From the NCBI GenBank assembly GCA_937995645.1, contig CALKJP010000007.1:1-52716 (forward strand): 52,716 bases of DNA, in the 5' to 3' direction. The position numbers and the translations under genes were made by a program. Numbering within the stretch: position 1 is the stretch's first letter; each line of letters opens with the position of its first letter. This document shows positions 33,595 through 43,284 of the stretch, in pieces. This DNA is from an uncultured Bacteroidia bacterium. GTDB taxonomy: Bacteria; Bacteroidota; Bacteroidia; JACCXN01. Below the pieces are notes generated by a model. That model saw only the letters and a program-made list of their open reading frames with translations. It was not told the DNA's origin and did no database searches.

Positions 33595-33695
33595 TCCTAA
33601 ATTCATCTATAAATTTCTCCTTATCTTATTCCTCCCGATAAATATGAGACAGTTTTGTTACCCCCCTTACCCATCTCAAGAGGGGGATTTTTTAC

Positions 33696-33716
33696 TCCCA
33701 CTCCTTAGGAGTGGGG
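33696..33716. repeat. REP-like GC-rich hairpin
   Basis: tcccactcc-tta-ggagtgggg: 8 Watson-Crick pairs plus one G-U pair. Confidence 0.5.
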
Positions 33717-33972
33717 ATAGCGAGAGAGGTTATAACACCGTTACCGTTCCTTTTTCTATTATCCCAAAATTGTCAATAGAAATTTTTTTTAATGACCGCC
33801 ATTAGGAATTTTTAGAAATAAGTTATTGAAAATTAGCCATATTCAAGTGAAGGGAATAACAAAAAAATCATTTTCATAGCGTAAGAAAATCTTACCCGTT
33901 TTTATGGACTTTAAAATAGCATTTACCAACAAAGAAATTACCCCTTGCCCGGAGATATTATATTATCCCTGA

Positions 33973-34006
33973 TTTGTCATTAGAAGTTGAAAATTCTAAT
34001 GACAAA
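33973..34006. repeat. REP-like hairpin
   Basis: Perfect 13-bp stem tttgtcattagaa / ttctaatgacaaa with an 8-nt loop. Confidence 0.6.
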
Positions 34007-34029
34007 GGTGTTGGCATGCGGGATGACTC

Positions 34030-34061
34030 CGGGCTTGCCTGTTGGCAGACAGGCAAGCCCG
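34030..34061. repeat. GC-rich hairpin, REP-like or terminator-like
   Basis: Perfect 13-bp stem cgggcttgcctgt / acaggcaagcccg with a 6-nt loop. A T6 run follows 8 nt downstream. Confidence 0.6.
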
Positions 34062-34222
34062 AATTAGATTTTTTAAGATTTCATACAATTAAATAAATTA
34101 TAAAACATTCAAGAAATATTACAAAATCTTATTCGCTGCAAGGCAGAAAAAAGTCTAATGAATTTTTGGATAAAGTATTTTACTTACAAATTTATCATAT
34201 CCAATAGTTTTAAAAAATAAAT

Positions 34223-34230
34223 TAACTTTG
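34223..34230 (+). promoter_or_regulatory. Candidate -7 box for the envelope-biogenesis gene cluster
   Basis: TAACTTTG matches TAnnTTTG, 50 nt upstream of ATG 34280. Confidence 0.35.
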
Positions 34231-34279
34231 GCTTTTGCAAAAAACAATAAAATAACTCAAAAAGAGTTAATTGAAGCAA

Positions 34280-35116
34280 ATGCCACGATTTTTTTCGGTT
34301 GTAATTATTTTTCTTTTAGCAGTATCCGTTAATGCCCAATACTCAGAAATTGGACCATTTGGAACCGCTTCATTCTATTTTGGCGAGCTTAATCCAGAAA
34401 CGCCTTTTCGCAACAGCCATTTGGGCGGAGGCTTAGTATATCGTTATAATTTCAATTATCGCTGGGCATTTAAAGCGAATGCTTTGTATGGAAAAATTTC
34501 AGGCGATGATGCCAAAAGCCCTTTTGTTTACGATAGATATCGTAATCTTTCATTTTCATCACCAATTTATGAAGGTGCCGCACAAATGGAATTTAATTTT
34601 TTTCCCTATGAAATAGGAAATAAAAAAATGCCTTTTAGCCCATATATATTTGGAGGCTTCTGTGTATTTCATTTTAATCCTAAAACCAATTATGCAGGCG
34701 AAGAAGTAAAGCTGAAAAATGTTGGTACCGAAGGGCAAGGAACCTCAGCCGCACAGGGTAGAAAATATGCACGAACACAAGTAGCAATTCCTTTTGGTTT
34801 TGGCTTTAAAGTAAATTTAATGGGCAATTGGGGCATGGCGCTCGAATGGGGCTTGCGAAAATCCTATACCGATTATTTAGACGATATCAGTACACGCTAT
34901 CCCGATAAACGAGTAATGTTAAACGAGTCAGGAGCTATGGCAACTGCATTGTCAGATAGAAGTATTGTAAGTCCTAATCAGTTTGGTAATACAACAGGAT
35001 ATCAACGTGGCAATTCCAAAAACAAAGATTGGTATTCATTTGCGGGAATAATGATAGTATATGCCATTAAAAAACCAAGTCCTTGTCCAGGAGTTGGGAA
35101 AGTTAGAATGAAATAA
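34280..35116 (+). CDS. Outer-membrane beta-barrel protein (DUF6089-like)
   Basis: Start moved to ATG 34280. Signal peptide MPRFFSVVIIFLLAVSVNAQ, alternating aromatic beta-strand pattern, and a conserved position upstream of uppS-bamA. The family name is from memory. Confidence 0.6.
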   Translation: MPRFFSVVIIFLLAVSVNAQYSEIGPFGTASFYFGELNPETPFRNSHLGGGLVYRYNFNYRWAFKANALYGKISGDDAKSPFVYDRYRNLSFSSPIYEGAAQMEFNFFPYEIGNKKMPFSPYIFGGFCVFHFNPKTNYAGEEVKLKNVGTEGQGTSAAQGRKYARTQVAIPFGFGFKVNLMGNWGMALEWGLRKSYTDYLDDISTRYPDKRVMLNESGAMATALSDRSIVSPNQFGNTTGYQRGNSKNKDWYSFAGIMIVYAIKKPSPCPGVGKVRMK

Positions 35117-35121
35117 AACCT

Positions 35122-35877
35122 ATGACACTAAAAGAAGAATATTTAAATAAAATTGATAAAACCCGTTTGCCAAAGCATATTGCCATTATAATGGACGGTA
35201 ACGGTCGTTGGGCAAAGCAGCAAGGTAAAGAGCGCGTTTACGGTCATCAGCATGGGGTAAATGCTGTAAGAGAAGCAGCCGAAGGAGCCGGAGAAATTGG
35301 AATTAAATATCTTACCCTCTACGCTTTTTCAACCGAAAACTGGAACAGGCCTAAAGAAGAAGTTGATGCTTTAATGGAATTATTAGTTAAAACTATTCAT
35401 GCAGAAACCGCAACACTCAATAAAAGTAAAGTACGCTTAATGGCTATAGGAGATTTAGAATCACTTCCCCCCAATTGTTATAAAGAACTTTTGGAAGCCA
35501 TCAATGAAACTTCACAAAATAATGGTTTAACATTGGTTTTAGCATTAAGCTACAGCTCTCGTTGGGAAATTGTAAATGCCGCAAAAAAAATTGCTGAGCA
35601 GGTAAAGCAAGGTAAGCTAGATGTAAACGATATAAATGACAAAGTTTTTGCTGCTAATTTAACCACTAAAAATATACCAGACCCTGAACTGTTAATAAGA
35701 ACCAGCGGAGAATTGCGCATCAGTAATTTCTTGCTTTGGCAATGCGCTTATGCAGAATTTTGTTTTCTCGAAAAAATGTGGCCCGAATTTAAACGCGAAG
35801 ATTTATTTTCAGCCATATTAGATTTTCAGCAACGCGAACGCAGATTTGGTAAAACAAGTGAACAGGTAAAAATATAA
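35122..35877 (+). CDS. uppS: Isoprenyl transferase (undecaprenyl diphosphate synthase)
   Basis: 251 aa. IMDGNGRWA and RTSGELRISNFLLWQ motifs. Confidence 0.95.
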   Translation: MTLKEEYLNKIDKTRLPKHIAIIMDGNGRWAKQQGKERVYGHQHGVNAVREAAEGAGEIGIKYLTLYAFSTENWNRPKEEVDALMELLVKTIHAETATLNKSKVRLMAIGDLESLPPNCYKELLEAINETSQNNGLTLVLALSYSSRWEIVNAAKKIAEQVKQGKLDVNDINDKVFAANLTTKNIPDPELLIRTSGELRISNFLLWQCAYAEFCFLEKMWPEFKREDLFSAILDFQQRERRFGKTSEQVKI

Positions 35878-35882
35878 TTTTC

Positions 35883-38426
35883 ATGTTGCGCAAACTTTCT
35901 ATTGCATATTTATTGCTAATTTTTCAAATGTCAGCTTCCATTAAGGCTCAAGTACTAATTGGCGGGACAAATCTTGAGGAGATGCAATTTGAAGATCCTC
36001 AAGAGTACGAAATCGGAGGCATTACCATAAGCGGAATTCAATATTTAGATAAAAATGTATTGATAATGCTTTCTGGTCTTATGGTAGGAGAAAAAGTGAT
36101 GGTTCCCGGACAAAAGATTTCCAAATCCATTGATAATCTTTGGGAGCAGGGGCTATTTTCCGACATAAAATTATACGCTACAAAAGTACAGGGCAATGTA
36201 ATTTTCTTGAATTTTCAATTAGAAGAACGTCCCCGGCTTTCTAAATTTTCATTTAAAGGTGTTAGAAAAGCCGAAGCAGACGAACTACGTAAGCAACTTA
36301 AAATTATTCGTGGACAGGTAGTAACCAAAAACCTTATCAGCACATCAACCGCTACCATTAAAAAGTTTTACATAGATAAAGGTTTTTTAAATGTTGAAGT
36401 AAATACCATTGAAACTCCCGATTCTATGCTTAAAAACAATGTTATATTAATTTTTAACGTAGATAAGAAAAATCGAGTTAAAATAAAAGATATAAACTTT
36501 TATGGCAACGAAAATTTGAAAAGCTCAGCCTTAAGAAGATATATGAAAGATACCAAGCAGGCGCGTTGGTACAACATATTTAAAGCGTCTAAATACATTG
36601 AAGATAATGTAGAAAAAGATTTAGAAAAAGTAATAGAAAAGTACAATACCAAAGGATTTAGAGATGCTCAAATTGTAAGAGATTCCGTGTATAAGTTAGA
36701 TGATAAATATGTAAATCTGGATATAGAAGTGAAAGAAGGTCATAAGTTTTATTTTAGAAATATTACCTGGGTTGGAAACTCCAAACACTCAACCAAAGAA
36801 TTAAACAGCATTTTAGGCATAAAAACCGGAGATGTTTACAATCAGCAAGTGCTCGAGTCGCGTTTATTTATGAATCCTAATGGTAGAGATGTTACATCAC
36901 TTTATATGGATGATGGATACTTGTTTTTTCAGGCAACCCCCATTGAAGTATTGGTAGAAAACGATTCAATAGACATTGAGATACGCTTGTATGAAGGCAA
37001 ACAAGCAACTATAAACAGAGTTACGGTTTCAGGTAATACTAAAACCAACGATCATGTAATTATGCGAGAAATTAGAACTAAACCGGGACAGTTATTCAGC
37101 CGTTCTGATATTATCAGAACTCAACGCGAATTGGCTCAGCTTGGTTATTTTGATCAGGAAAAATTAAATGTAACTCCCAAACCCAATCCTTCAGATGGTA
37201 CGGTTGATATTGAATATACTGTAGAAGAGCGTCCATCAGACCAAGTTGAATTATCAGGTGGCTGGGGGGCTAATAGAGTGGTAGGTACATTGGGTGTTAC
37301 CTTCAATAATTTTTCAGCACGAAATTTCTTTAAGAAAAATGCATGGAGGCCACTTCCTGCCGGTGACGGACAACGATTAAGCGTAAGAGCACAAACTACC
37401 GGAACCTGGTTTCAGTCCTACAACATATCGTTTACCGAACCTTGGTTAGGCGGTAAACGACCAAATTCTTTAACGGTAAGCTTGTATCATTCCATACAAT
37501 CAAACGGAGAAAAACGATATGTAAAAAATGCCGATGGAGAACGCATATTAAATTATAAACGACAAGGTATTGACATTACCGGTTTGTCCGTTGGTTTAGG
37601 CCGCAGGTTACAATGGCCTGACGACTTTTTTACCATTTATCAAGAAGCAACCTATCAGCATTACGAAATAAACAAATGGCCGGCATTTTTATTCAACGAA
37701 GGAATAGCTAATAACTTAAGCTATAAAATTTCACTTTCTAGAAATTCGATAGATGCTCCTATTTATCCAAGAAAAGGTTCGCAAACAACCTTAACATTGC
37801 AATTAACTCCACCTTATTCATTTTTTAGAACCGATTCAACCGGAAAAAGAGTAGAAGACTACAGCAGATACACCCTTCAGGAGCGTTACAAATGGGTAGA
37901 ATATCATAAATGGAAATTTACTACATCGTGGTTTACAAATTTGGCAGGGAATTTGGTGCTAAATACACGTGCCGGCTTTGGTTTTCTGGCAATGTATAAC
38001 AGAAGCTTAGGCGCAGCGCCCTTTGAACGATTTTACTTAGGTGGTAGCGGACTTACAGGTTTTGCACTCGATGGTAGAGAAATTATTGCTTTAAGAGGAT
38101 ATGACGATCAATCCCTCTCTCCGGCTATTGGAGGTACTATAATTAGTAAATATACCATGGAGTTGCGTTTCCCGGTTTCTTTAAATCCCAATGCAACGGT
38201 TTATCTGCTTGGTTTTACAGAAGCAGGAAACACCTGGAGCCGATTTAGAGATTATAATCCTTTTGCCGTTAAACGTTCTGCAGGCGTTGGCGTAAGGGTG
38301 TTTTTACCAATGTTCGGTTTATTAGGTCTTGATTGGGGCTATCGTTTTGATGATGTTCCAACAGCTCCACGTATGCAAAAATCGCAGGTGCACTTTACCA
38401 TTGGATTTAATTTAGGTGAATTATAA
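35883..38426 (+). CDS. bamA: Outer membrane protein assembly factor BamA
   Basis: 847 aa. Signal peptide, POTRA-like repeats, and a C-terminal Omp85 barrel (VRGY-like ALRGYDD, GVGVRVFLPMFGLLGLDWGY). Confidence 0.9.
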   Translation: MLRKLSIAYLLLIFQMSASIKAQVLIGGTNLEEMQFEDPQEYEIGGITISGIQYLDKNVLIMLSGLMVGEKVMVPGQKISKSIDNLWEQGLFSDIKLYATKVQGNVIFLNFQLEERPRLSKFSFKGVRKAEADELRKQLKIIRGQVVTKNLISTSTATIKKFYIDKGFLNVEVNTIETPDSMLKNNVILIFNVDKKNRVKIKDINFYGNENLKSSALRRYMKDTKQARWYNIFKASKYIEDNVEKDLEKVIEKYNTKGFRDAQIVRDSVYKLDDKYVNLDIEVKEGHKFYFRNITWVGNSKHSTKELNSILGIKTGDVYNQQVLESRLFMNPNGRDVTSLYMDDGYLFFQATPIEVLVENDSIDIEIRLYEGKQATINRVTVSGNTKTNDHVIMREIRTKPGQLFSRSDIIRTQRELAQLGYFDQEKLNVTPKPNPSDGTVDIEYTVEERPSDQVELSGGWGANRVVGTLGVTFNNFSARNFFKKNAWRPLPAGDGQRLSVRAQTTGTWFQSYNISFTEPWLGGKRPNSLTVSLYHSIQSNGEKRYVKNADGERILNYKRQGIDITGLSVGLGRRLQWPDDFFTIYQEATYQHYEINKWPAFLFNEGIANNLSYKISLSRNSIDAPIYPRKGSQTTLTLQLTPPYSFFRTDSTGKRVEDYSRYTLQERYKWVEYHKWKFTTSWFTNLAGNLVLNTRAGFGFLAMYNRSLGAAPFERFYLGGSGLTGFALDGREIIALRGYDDQSLSPAIGGTIISKYTMELRFPVSLNPNATVYLLGFTEAGNTWSRFRDYNPFAVKRSAGVGVRVFLPMFGLLGLDWGYRFDDVPTAPRMQKSQVHFTIGFNLGEL

Positions 38427-38475
38427 AAATGTAACTAAATTCGCTCACTTAAGAGCAAAAAGGAGGAAACACGTT

Positions 38476-39000
38476 ATGTTAAAAAAAACGCTAATCACAT
38501 TTACTGTTTTACTAAGTATAGCAGGTATGGCAAAAGCACAGAAATATGCTTTTATTGACTCGGAGTATATTTTGTCAAAAATTCCCGAACATCAGGCAGC
38601 ACAACAGCAATTAGATAATTTATCGGTACAGTGGCAAAAAGAAATTGAAGCAAAATATGCTGAAATAGATAAACTTTATAAAGCATATCAGGCAGAACAA
38701 ATTTTATTAACCGAAGAGCTAAAACGCAAACGCGAAAACGAAATCATCAACAAAGAAAAAGAAGCAAAAGAATTGCAAAAACAACGTTTCGGAGTAGATG
38801 GTGAATTATTTAAAAAGCGTCAGGAATTAATCAAACCCATTCAAGATAAAATTTATACTGCAGTTAAAGATATTGCCGTTAAAGAAAACTTGGCAGTAGT
38901 TTTTGATAAAGCAGGAAGTTTAAGTATGATGTACACCAATCCAAAATTTGATAAAAGTGATGCCGTTTTAGAAGCTTTAGGTTACAAATCTTCAAAATAA
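38476..39000 (+). CDS. OmpH/Skp family periplasmic chaperone
   Basis: Start moved to ATG 38476, preceded by aggagg. Signal peptide, then a coiled-coil-rich Skp-like sequence. Confidence 0.8.
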   Translation: MLKKTLITFTVLLSIAGMAKAQKYAFIDSEYILSKIPEHQAAQQQLDNLSVQWQKEIEAKYAEIDKLYKAYQAEQILLTEELKRKRENEIINKEKEAKELQKQRFGVDGELFKKRQELIKPIQDKIYTAVKDIAVKENLAVVFDKAGSLSMMYTNPKFDKSDAVLEALGYKSSK

Positions 39001-39041
39001 TATTATTTTTACCCCGTAAAATTTAAAATTAATATATAAAC

Positions 39042-39548
39042 ATGAGATCTATTTTAAGAAAATCGCTTGTAGTAGCAATGGTGCTAATTGGAACATCAGT
39101 ATTTGCGCAAAAATTTGGATATGTAGATTCTAACGAATTAATGTTAGGAATGCCTGAGCGAAAAAAAGCAGAAGCCGATTTACAAGCTTATGCCCAGCAA
39201 TTACAACAACAATTACAAACCATGTCTGCCGAGTTTGAAGCAAAAGTTTCAGAATATCAGCAAAAAGAATCTTCTTACACCGAAGTAATTAAAAAAACTA
39301 AATTGAAAGAAATTACTGATTTGGAAAACAGAATCAAAGAATTTCAATATACAGCACAAGACGATTTAAAAAATAAAGAAGAAGAATTATTAAAACCAAT
39401 GGTAGAAAAAATTAAGAAGACCATAGCCGACTTTGCCAAAGAAAACAAATACAGCTATATTTTTGATTCAGCAGCCGGAACACTTTTATATATGCCGGAA
39501 GCAGATAACATTGCTCCTCAAATTAAGAAAAAATTAGGAATCCAGTAA
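39042..39548 (+). CDS. OmpH/Skp family periplasmic chaperone (second copy)
   Basis: 168 aa. Signal peptide, QKFGYVDS start and coiled-coil core, paralogous to the preceding gene. Confidence 0.8.
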   Translation: MRSILRKSLVVAMVLIGTSVFAQKFGYVDSNELMLGMPERKKAEADLQAYAQQLQQQLQTMSAEFEAKVSEYQQKESSYTEVIKKTKLKEITDLENRIKEFQYTAQDDLKNKEEELLKPMVEKIKKTIADFAKENKYSYIFDSAAGTLLYMPEADNIAPQIKKKLGIQ

Positions 39549-39555
39549 TCAACTC

Positions 39556-39581
39556 AAATCCCTCGAAAGAGGGATTTTTTT
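39556..39581 (+). terminator. Hairpin plus T7 directly abutting the murI start codon
   Basis: 9-bp stem aaatccctc / gagggattt with a GAAA loop. The T-run ends at 39581 and the ATG is at 39582. Confidence 0.55.
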
Positions 39582-40415
39582 ATGACTATTACAAAAGAGA
39601 TAAAAGCAAACGCTCCTATAGGTATTTTTGATTCCGGAATTGGAGGTTTAACTGTTGCAAATGCCATCAGTAAACATTTGCCTAATGAACAGTTTATTTA
39701 TTTTGGTGATACAGCACACTTACCTTATGGCGATAAATCTCCTGATTCTATAAAATACTATTCCATTAGAATTGCGCAGTTTCTTTTAGATCAAAAATGT
39801 AAGGCTATTGTTATTGCATGTAATACAGCATCTGCCATTGCTTACGACACCGTAAAATCATTTGTAGGCAACAAAGCAGTTGTTATAAATGTAATTGACC
39901 CCGTAGTAGAGCATGTAGCCAATACTCAAAAAATTGAAAAGGTGGGTGTAATAGGAACGAAAGCAACCATAAAAACCAATGTGTACGCTAATAAAATAAA
40001 TGCTTTAAATCCACAACTAAAAGTTGCATCCCTTGCTACACCGCTTTTAGCTCCTATGATAGAAGAAGGATTTTTTAATAATAAAATTAGCCGAACAGTA
40101 ATAAATTCTTACTTATCGAGTGCTAAACTAAAAAAGATTGATGCCTTAATTTTAGCATGCACCCATTATCCATTGATAAAAAATGAAGTTGCGGAGTTTT
40201 ATAAAAAAGATATAAAAATTATTGACTCTGCCGATGTGGTTGCCCAATACACGAAAAATATTTTATCCTACCATAAGCTTTTAAATAGTGCTGATAGCAA
40301 GAAACAAAAAAAGCATCGCTTTTTTGTTTCTGATTACACCGAAAGTTTTGAAAAAAGCGCCAAGCATTTCTTTAAAGATAAAATCCAGCTCGAAGAAGCG
40401 GATATATGGAAATAA
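39582..40415 (+). CDS. murI: Glutamate racemase
   Basis: 277 aa. DSGIGGLTV, ACNTAS and CTHYP catalytic-Cys motifs. Confidence 0.95.
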   Translation: MTITKEIKANAPIGIFDSGIGGLTVANAISKHLPNEQFIYFGDTAHLPYGDKSPDSIKYYSIRIAQFLLDQKCKAIVIACNTASAIAYDTVKSFVGNKAVVINVIDPVVEHVANTQKIEKVGVIGTKATIKTNVYANKINALNPQLKVASLATPLLAPMIEEGFFNNKISRTVINSYLSSAKLKKIDALILACTHYPLIKNEVAEFYKKDIKIIDSADVVAQYTKNILSYHKLLNSADSKKQKKHRFFVSDYTESFEKSAKHFFKDKIQLEEADIWK

Positions 40416-40458
40416 AAAAGAAGCGTATTGCGCTCCTTTTTTATTAGAATTATACGTT

Positions 40459-42528
40459 TTACTCAATAATTAATCGCTTAGAGAATTTTCCTTCTTCGTT
40501 TTCAAGTGTAAGTATATACATACCCGTTCTTAAAGAACTGTTTTCGTTAATGATAAATTTATTGTTACCAACAATACTTTTTATTTGGTGTTGCAACATC
40601 AATCTGCCAGTTATATCATAAATTGAAAAAGTTGTTTTTAATTCTTTCTCGGATTTAAATTCAATATTCACCAAGCCATAAGATGGATTAGGATAAATAC
40701 TCAATTCTTTAATACTACTGTTTTCTTGAATAGAAGAAATAATGCTTAGGTTAATATCATCAATATAAATATTGTTTCCGCCCGCACTTTCAAAAGCAAA
40801 TTTAAAACGGAAATTAGAGGTGAAATTAGTGGCCGGAATATTTGTTACAGTAACTTCTTTCCATTGTGTTGCTGAAGGAATAAAATTACTACTGGTTGCG
40901 GGAGCAGTAGCTAATGTGCTCCCTGATTGCGACCAACGCAATGCCCAGTTTTGTCCGCAATTGCCGGAAACGAATAAACGTAAATTGTCATTAGTAGTTG
41001 AGCTGCGTTGAGCATAAGCTACTTTAAATTTTATTTGTGCAGACGTAACTCCGCTCATATTATAAGTTGTGCTTATAAGCTCATCAATGTTTTTTGAGTT
41101 GGCTGTTGAATTTACAATCCTTGCAGAATATATTCCAGAAGCCCCGGCTGCACTTGAAACAGACCATGTAGTTCCATTATCAGGATTGTTTACATACCAG
41201 TTATTATTGGGAATAGGTTGAGAATCTTCAAAGGAGTCGAAAAAAGGTGTTGGACCTCCGGGACTTGGAGCAACATTAACATAAGCTGTAACTGTTTTGG
41301 TGTTTGATCCTGCTCCATTTGTAACTGTTAATGAAACAGGATACGTTCCGGGTGTGTTATAGGTAATTACCGGCATACTGTCAGAAGATGTAGAAGGGGT
41401 TCCTCCGGTAAATGACCAATTTCTAACATCTACCGGTCCGTTCCATGAAACATCCGTAAATGTAACCGATTGACCAGCACAAATAAACAAGTTGTTGGCT
41501 CTAAAATCAGCCTTAGGTGCACAAATTCCGGTAATACTACCGTCAACTCCCGTAGCAGCCAAATTACTTGCCGACCAAAGGTTGGCACGAGTTCCGTTTA
41601 ACACAAAATCCATAATGTTTTTTTGTCCTTGTGTAAACATATTTTGGCAACCACCATTGGTATAATCCATATAATTCATAAACATCTCGCCATTAGCGCC
41701 TGCGCCACAAGCATTGTTTGCTTTAAACGGAAATGTAGGACATCCTGAATTTGCTCCTTCATGCGGAGGAGTATCGGCTACATTGTCGTTACCGCAGGTT
41801 GCATCGCCCCAAATATGGCGTAAGCCAAGCCAGTGGCCTACTTCGTGGGTAGTAGTTCTGCCTTTATATCCTGTATTACCGGTGCCAATGCTTCCAAAAT
41901 AATCGGCTCTTATTACTACTCCATCTGTAGTTGCCGGACCAAATCCCGGAAATTGTGCATAGCCTAAAATGGTTCCTTGTTGACCACCATTATCTATATT
42001 TTTTACAACCCATATATTAAAATATTTGTTACTTGGCCAATAACTTACAGCTTTTACATCATCGCGATTTACCGGACCGTTGGTTAATGGTGAATAAACT
42101 CTAACAATGCCATCGGTACAATTACCGTTAGGGTCTAATTTTGCAAGGCGAAATTCTATTTGACAATCGGCCGCTACAGCTGCAAACGGACTGGGAGTAT
42201 TAGTTGCATCGCTATTTAGTCTGTTAATATCTTCATTAAGTGTTGCTATTTGATTTTCAATTTGTGCTTTTGAAATATTTTCAGAACCATACATGTGAAT
42301 AACGTGTACAACGGTTGGTATAACACGAACTGTTTTTTGAGTAACCGGATTGCGCTGAAAATTTTGTAAGTCGTTGTCAAATTGATTTATTTTTTCATAA
42401 AGGGATGGGTTTTTACTTAGTAAATCCTGCAAATTTTCATTTGTATAGCATGGTATTATTTGATTTTGCTGCGCAAAAATCTGAAGAGAAAAAAAGCTCA
42501 TTATAAAAAATAAATGTAGTTTTTTCAT
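40459..42528 (-). CDS. M43 (cytophagalysin/pappalysin-like) zinc metalloprotease with a PKD-like domain and a T9SS type-A C-terminal sorting domain
   Basis: 689 aa. HEVGHWLGLRH zinc site, MNYMDY Met-turn region, PKD-like FTGGTP...GTYPVSLTVTNGAG, and a C-terminal LSIYPNPSYGLVNIEF...YILTL sorting domain. Confidence 0.85.
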   Translation of the reverse strand: MKKLHLFFIMSFFSLQIFAQQNQIIPCYTNENLQDLLSKNPSLYEKINQFDNDLQNFQRNPVTQKTVRVIPTVVHVIHMYGSENISKAQIENQIATLNEDINRLNSDATNTPSPFAAVAADCQIEFRLAKLDPNGNCTDGIVRVYSPLTNGPVNRDDVKAVSYWPSNKYFNIWVVKNIDNGGQQGTILGYAQFPGFGPATTDGVVIRADYFGSIGTGNTGYKGRTTTHEVGHWLGLRHIWGDATCGNDNVADTPPHEGANSGCPTFPFKANNACGAGANGEMFMNYMDYTNGGCQNMFTQGQKNIMDFVLNGTRANLWSASNLAATGVDGSITGICAPKADFRANNLFICAGQSVTFTDVSWNGPVDVRNWSFTGGTPSTSSDSMPVITYNTPGTYPVSLTVTNGAGSNTKTVTAYVNVAPSPGGPTPFFDSFEDSQPIPNNNWYVNNPDNGTTWSVSSAAGASGIYSARIVNSTANSKNIDELISTTYNMSGVTSAQIKFKVAYAQRSSTTNDNLRLFVSGNCGQNWALRWSQSGSTLATAPATSSNFIPSATQWKEVTVTNIPATNFTSNFRFKFAFESAGGNNIYIDDINLSIISSIQENSSIKELSIYPNPSYGLVNIEFKSEKELKTTFSIYDITGRLMLQHQIKSIVGNNKFIINENSSLRTGMYILTLENEEGKFSKRLIIE

Positions 42529-42561
42529 GATTGAAGGGGGTATTAATATTTAACTTAAAAT

Positions 42562-43284
42562 TTACAGCGCAATGTCTTTTAATGCAATAAGTACATTGTC
42601 TTGAAGATGTGGCGATTGCAAGATAAAAATTATTTTTTTTGCAACCAAGTCGGGCGGAATTAAATCGTTATTAATTTTTAGTGAATTAAAATACTCGAGT
42701 TTTTTAAAATCTTGAGGATTGGCTTTACGAATTTCATCTTGCATAGCCGTGTCTATTACTCCGGGGGAAATTGAAAAAACTTTTACATTGCCATTTCGCA
42801 GGTTTTGTTCTTCTTGTATGGTTAAGCTGAGCATATCAAGACCAGCTTTTGAAGAACAATAACTCGACCATGCGTCTATTGGAAATTTTGCAGCTCCGGA
42901 ACTTATGTTAACAATAATTTTTTGTGCCGAATGTGATTGATATTTTTTTAAAAACTGATTACATAAAATAGAAGGAGCTATTAAATTCAAATTTAATGTT
43001 TGAACAATATTTTTATTATTTAATTTTCCGCAAGGTTTTATTTCGCCAATTGTTCCGCTATTATTAATCAAACAAATTGTTTCAGCTTGATTTATTTCCG
43101 GAAATTCAAAATTTAACAACTTGTTGATATCAGATAAATCAATTGTTATATGCGAATAATTAGCATGTTGAATGCTGCATTTTCTTCCATAGCCAACTAC
43201 TATATTGTTGTTATTTTTTAATAATTCTGTAGCAATGGAAAATCCTATTCCACGGCTGGTTCCGGTTATGAAATAATAGTTCAT
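42562..43284 (-). CDS. SDR family oxidoreductase
   Basis: 240 aa. ITGTSRGIGFS and YCSSK (YxxxK). Confidence 0.8.
   Translation of the reverse strand: MNYYFITGTSRGIGFSIATELLKNNNNIVVGYGRKCSIQHANYSHITIDLSDINKLLNFEFPEINQAETICLINNSGTIGEIKPCGKLNNKNIVQTLNLNLIAPSILCNQFLKKYQSHSAQKIIVNISSGAAKFPIDAWSSYCSSKAGLDMLSLTIQEEQNLRNGNVKVFSISPGVIDTAMQDEIRKANPQDFKKLEYFNSLKINNDLIPPDLVAKKIIFILQSPHLQDNVLIALKDIAL

Noticed and set aside
33584-33805. The 73-aa ORF overlapping the end of the receiver gene.
   Set aside because: It reads straight through two GC-rich palindromes (PLLRSGDSERG-type translation), has no start context and no motif. It is best explained as non-coding REP-like sequence.
33904-33972. A short frame, MDFKIAFTNKEITPCPEILYYP-stop, as a relic of an IS transposase N-terminus.
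   Set aside because: This rests only on a vague recollection of similar transposase N-termini. There are no terminal inverted repeats or further coding remnants that I can demonstrate. It needs a database search before it can be claimed.
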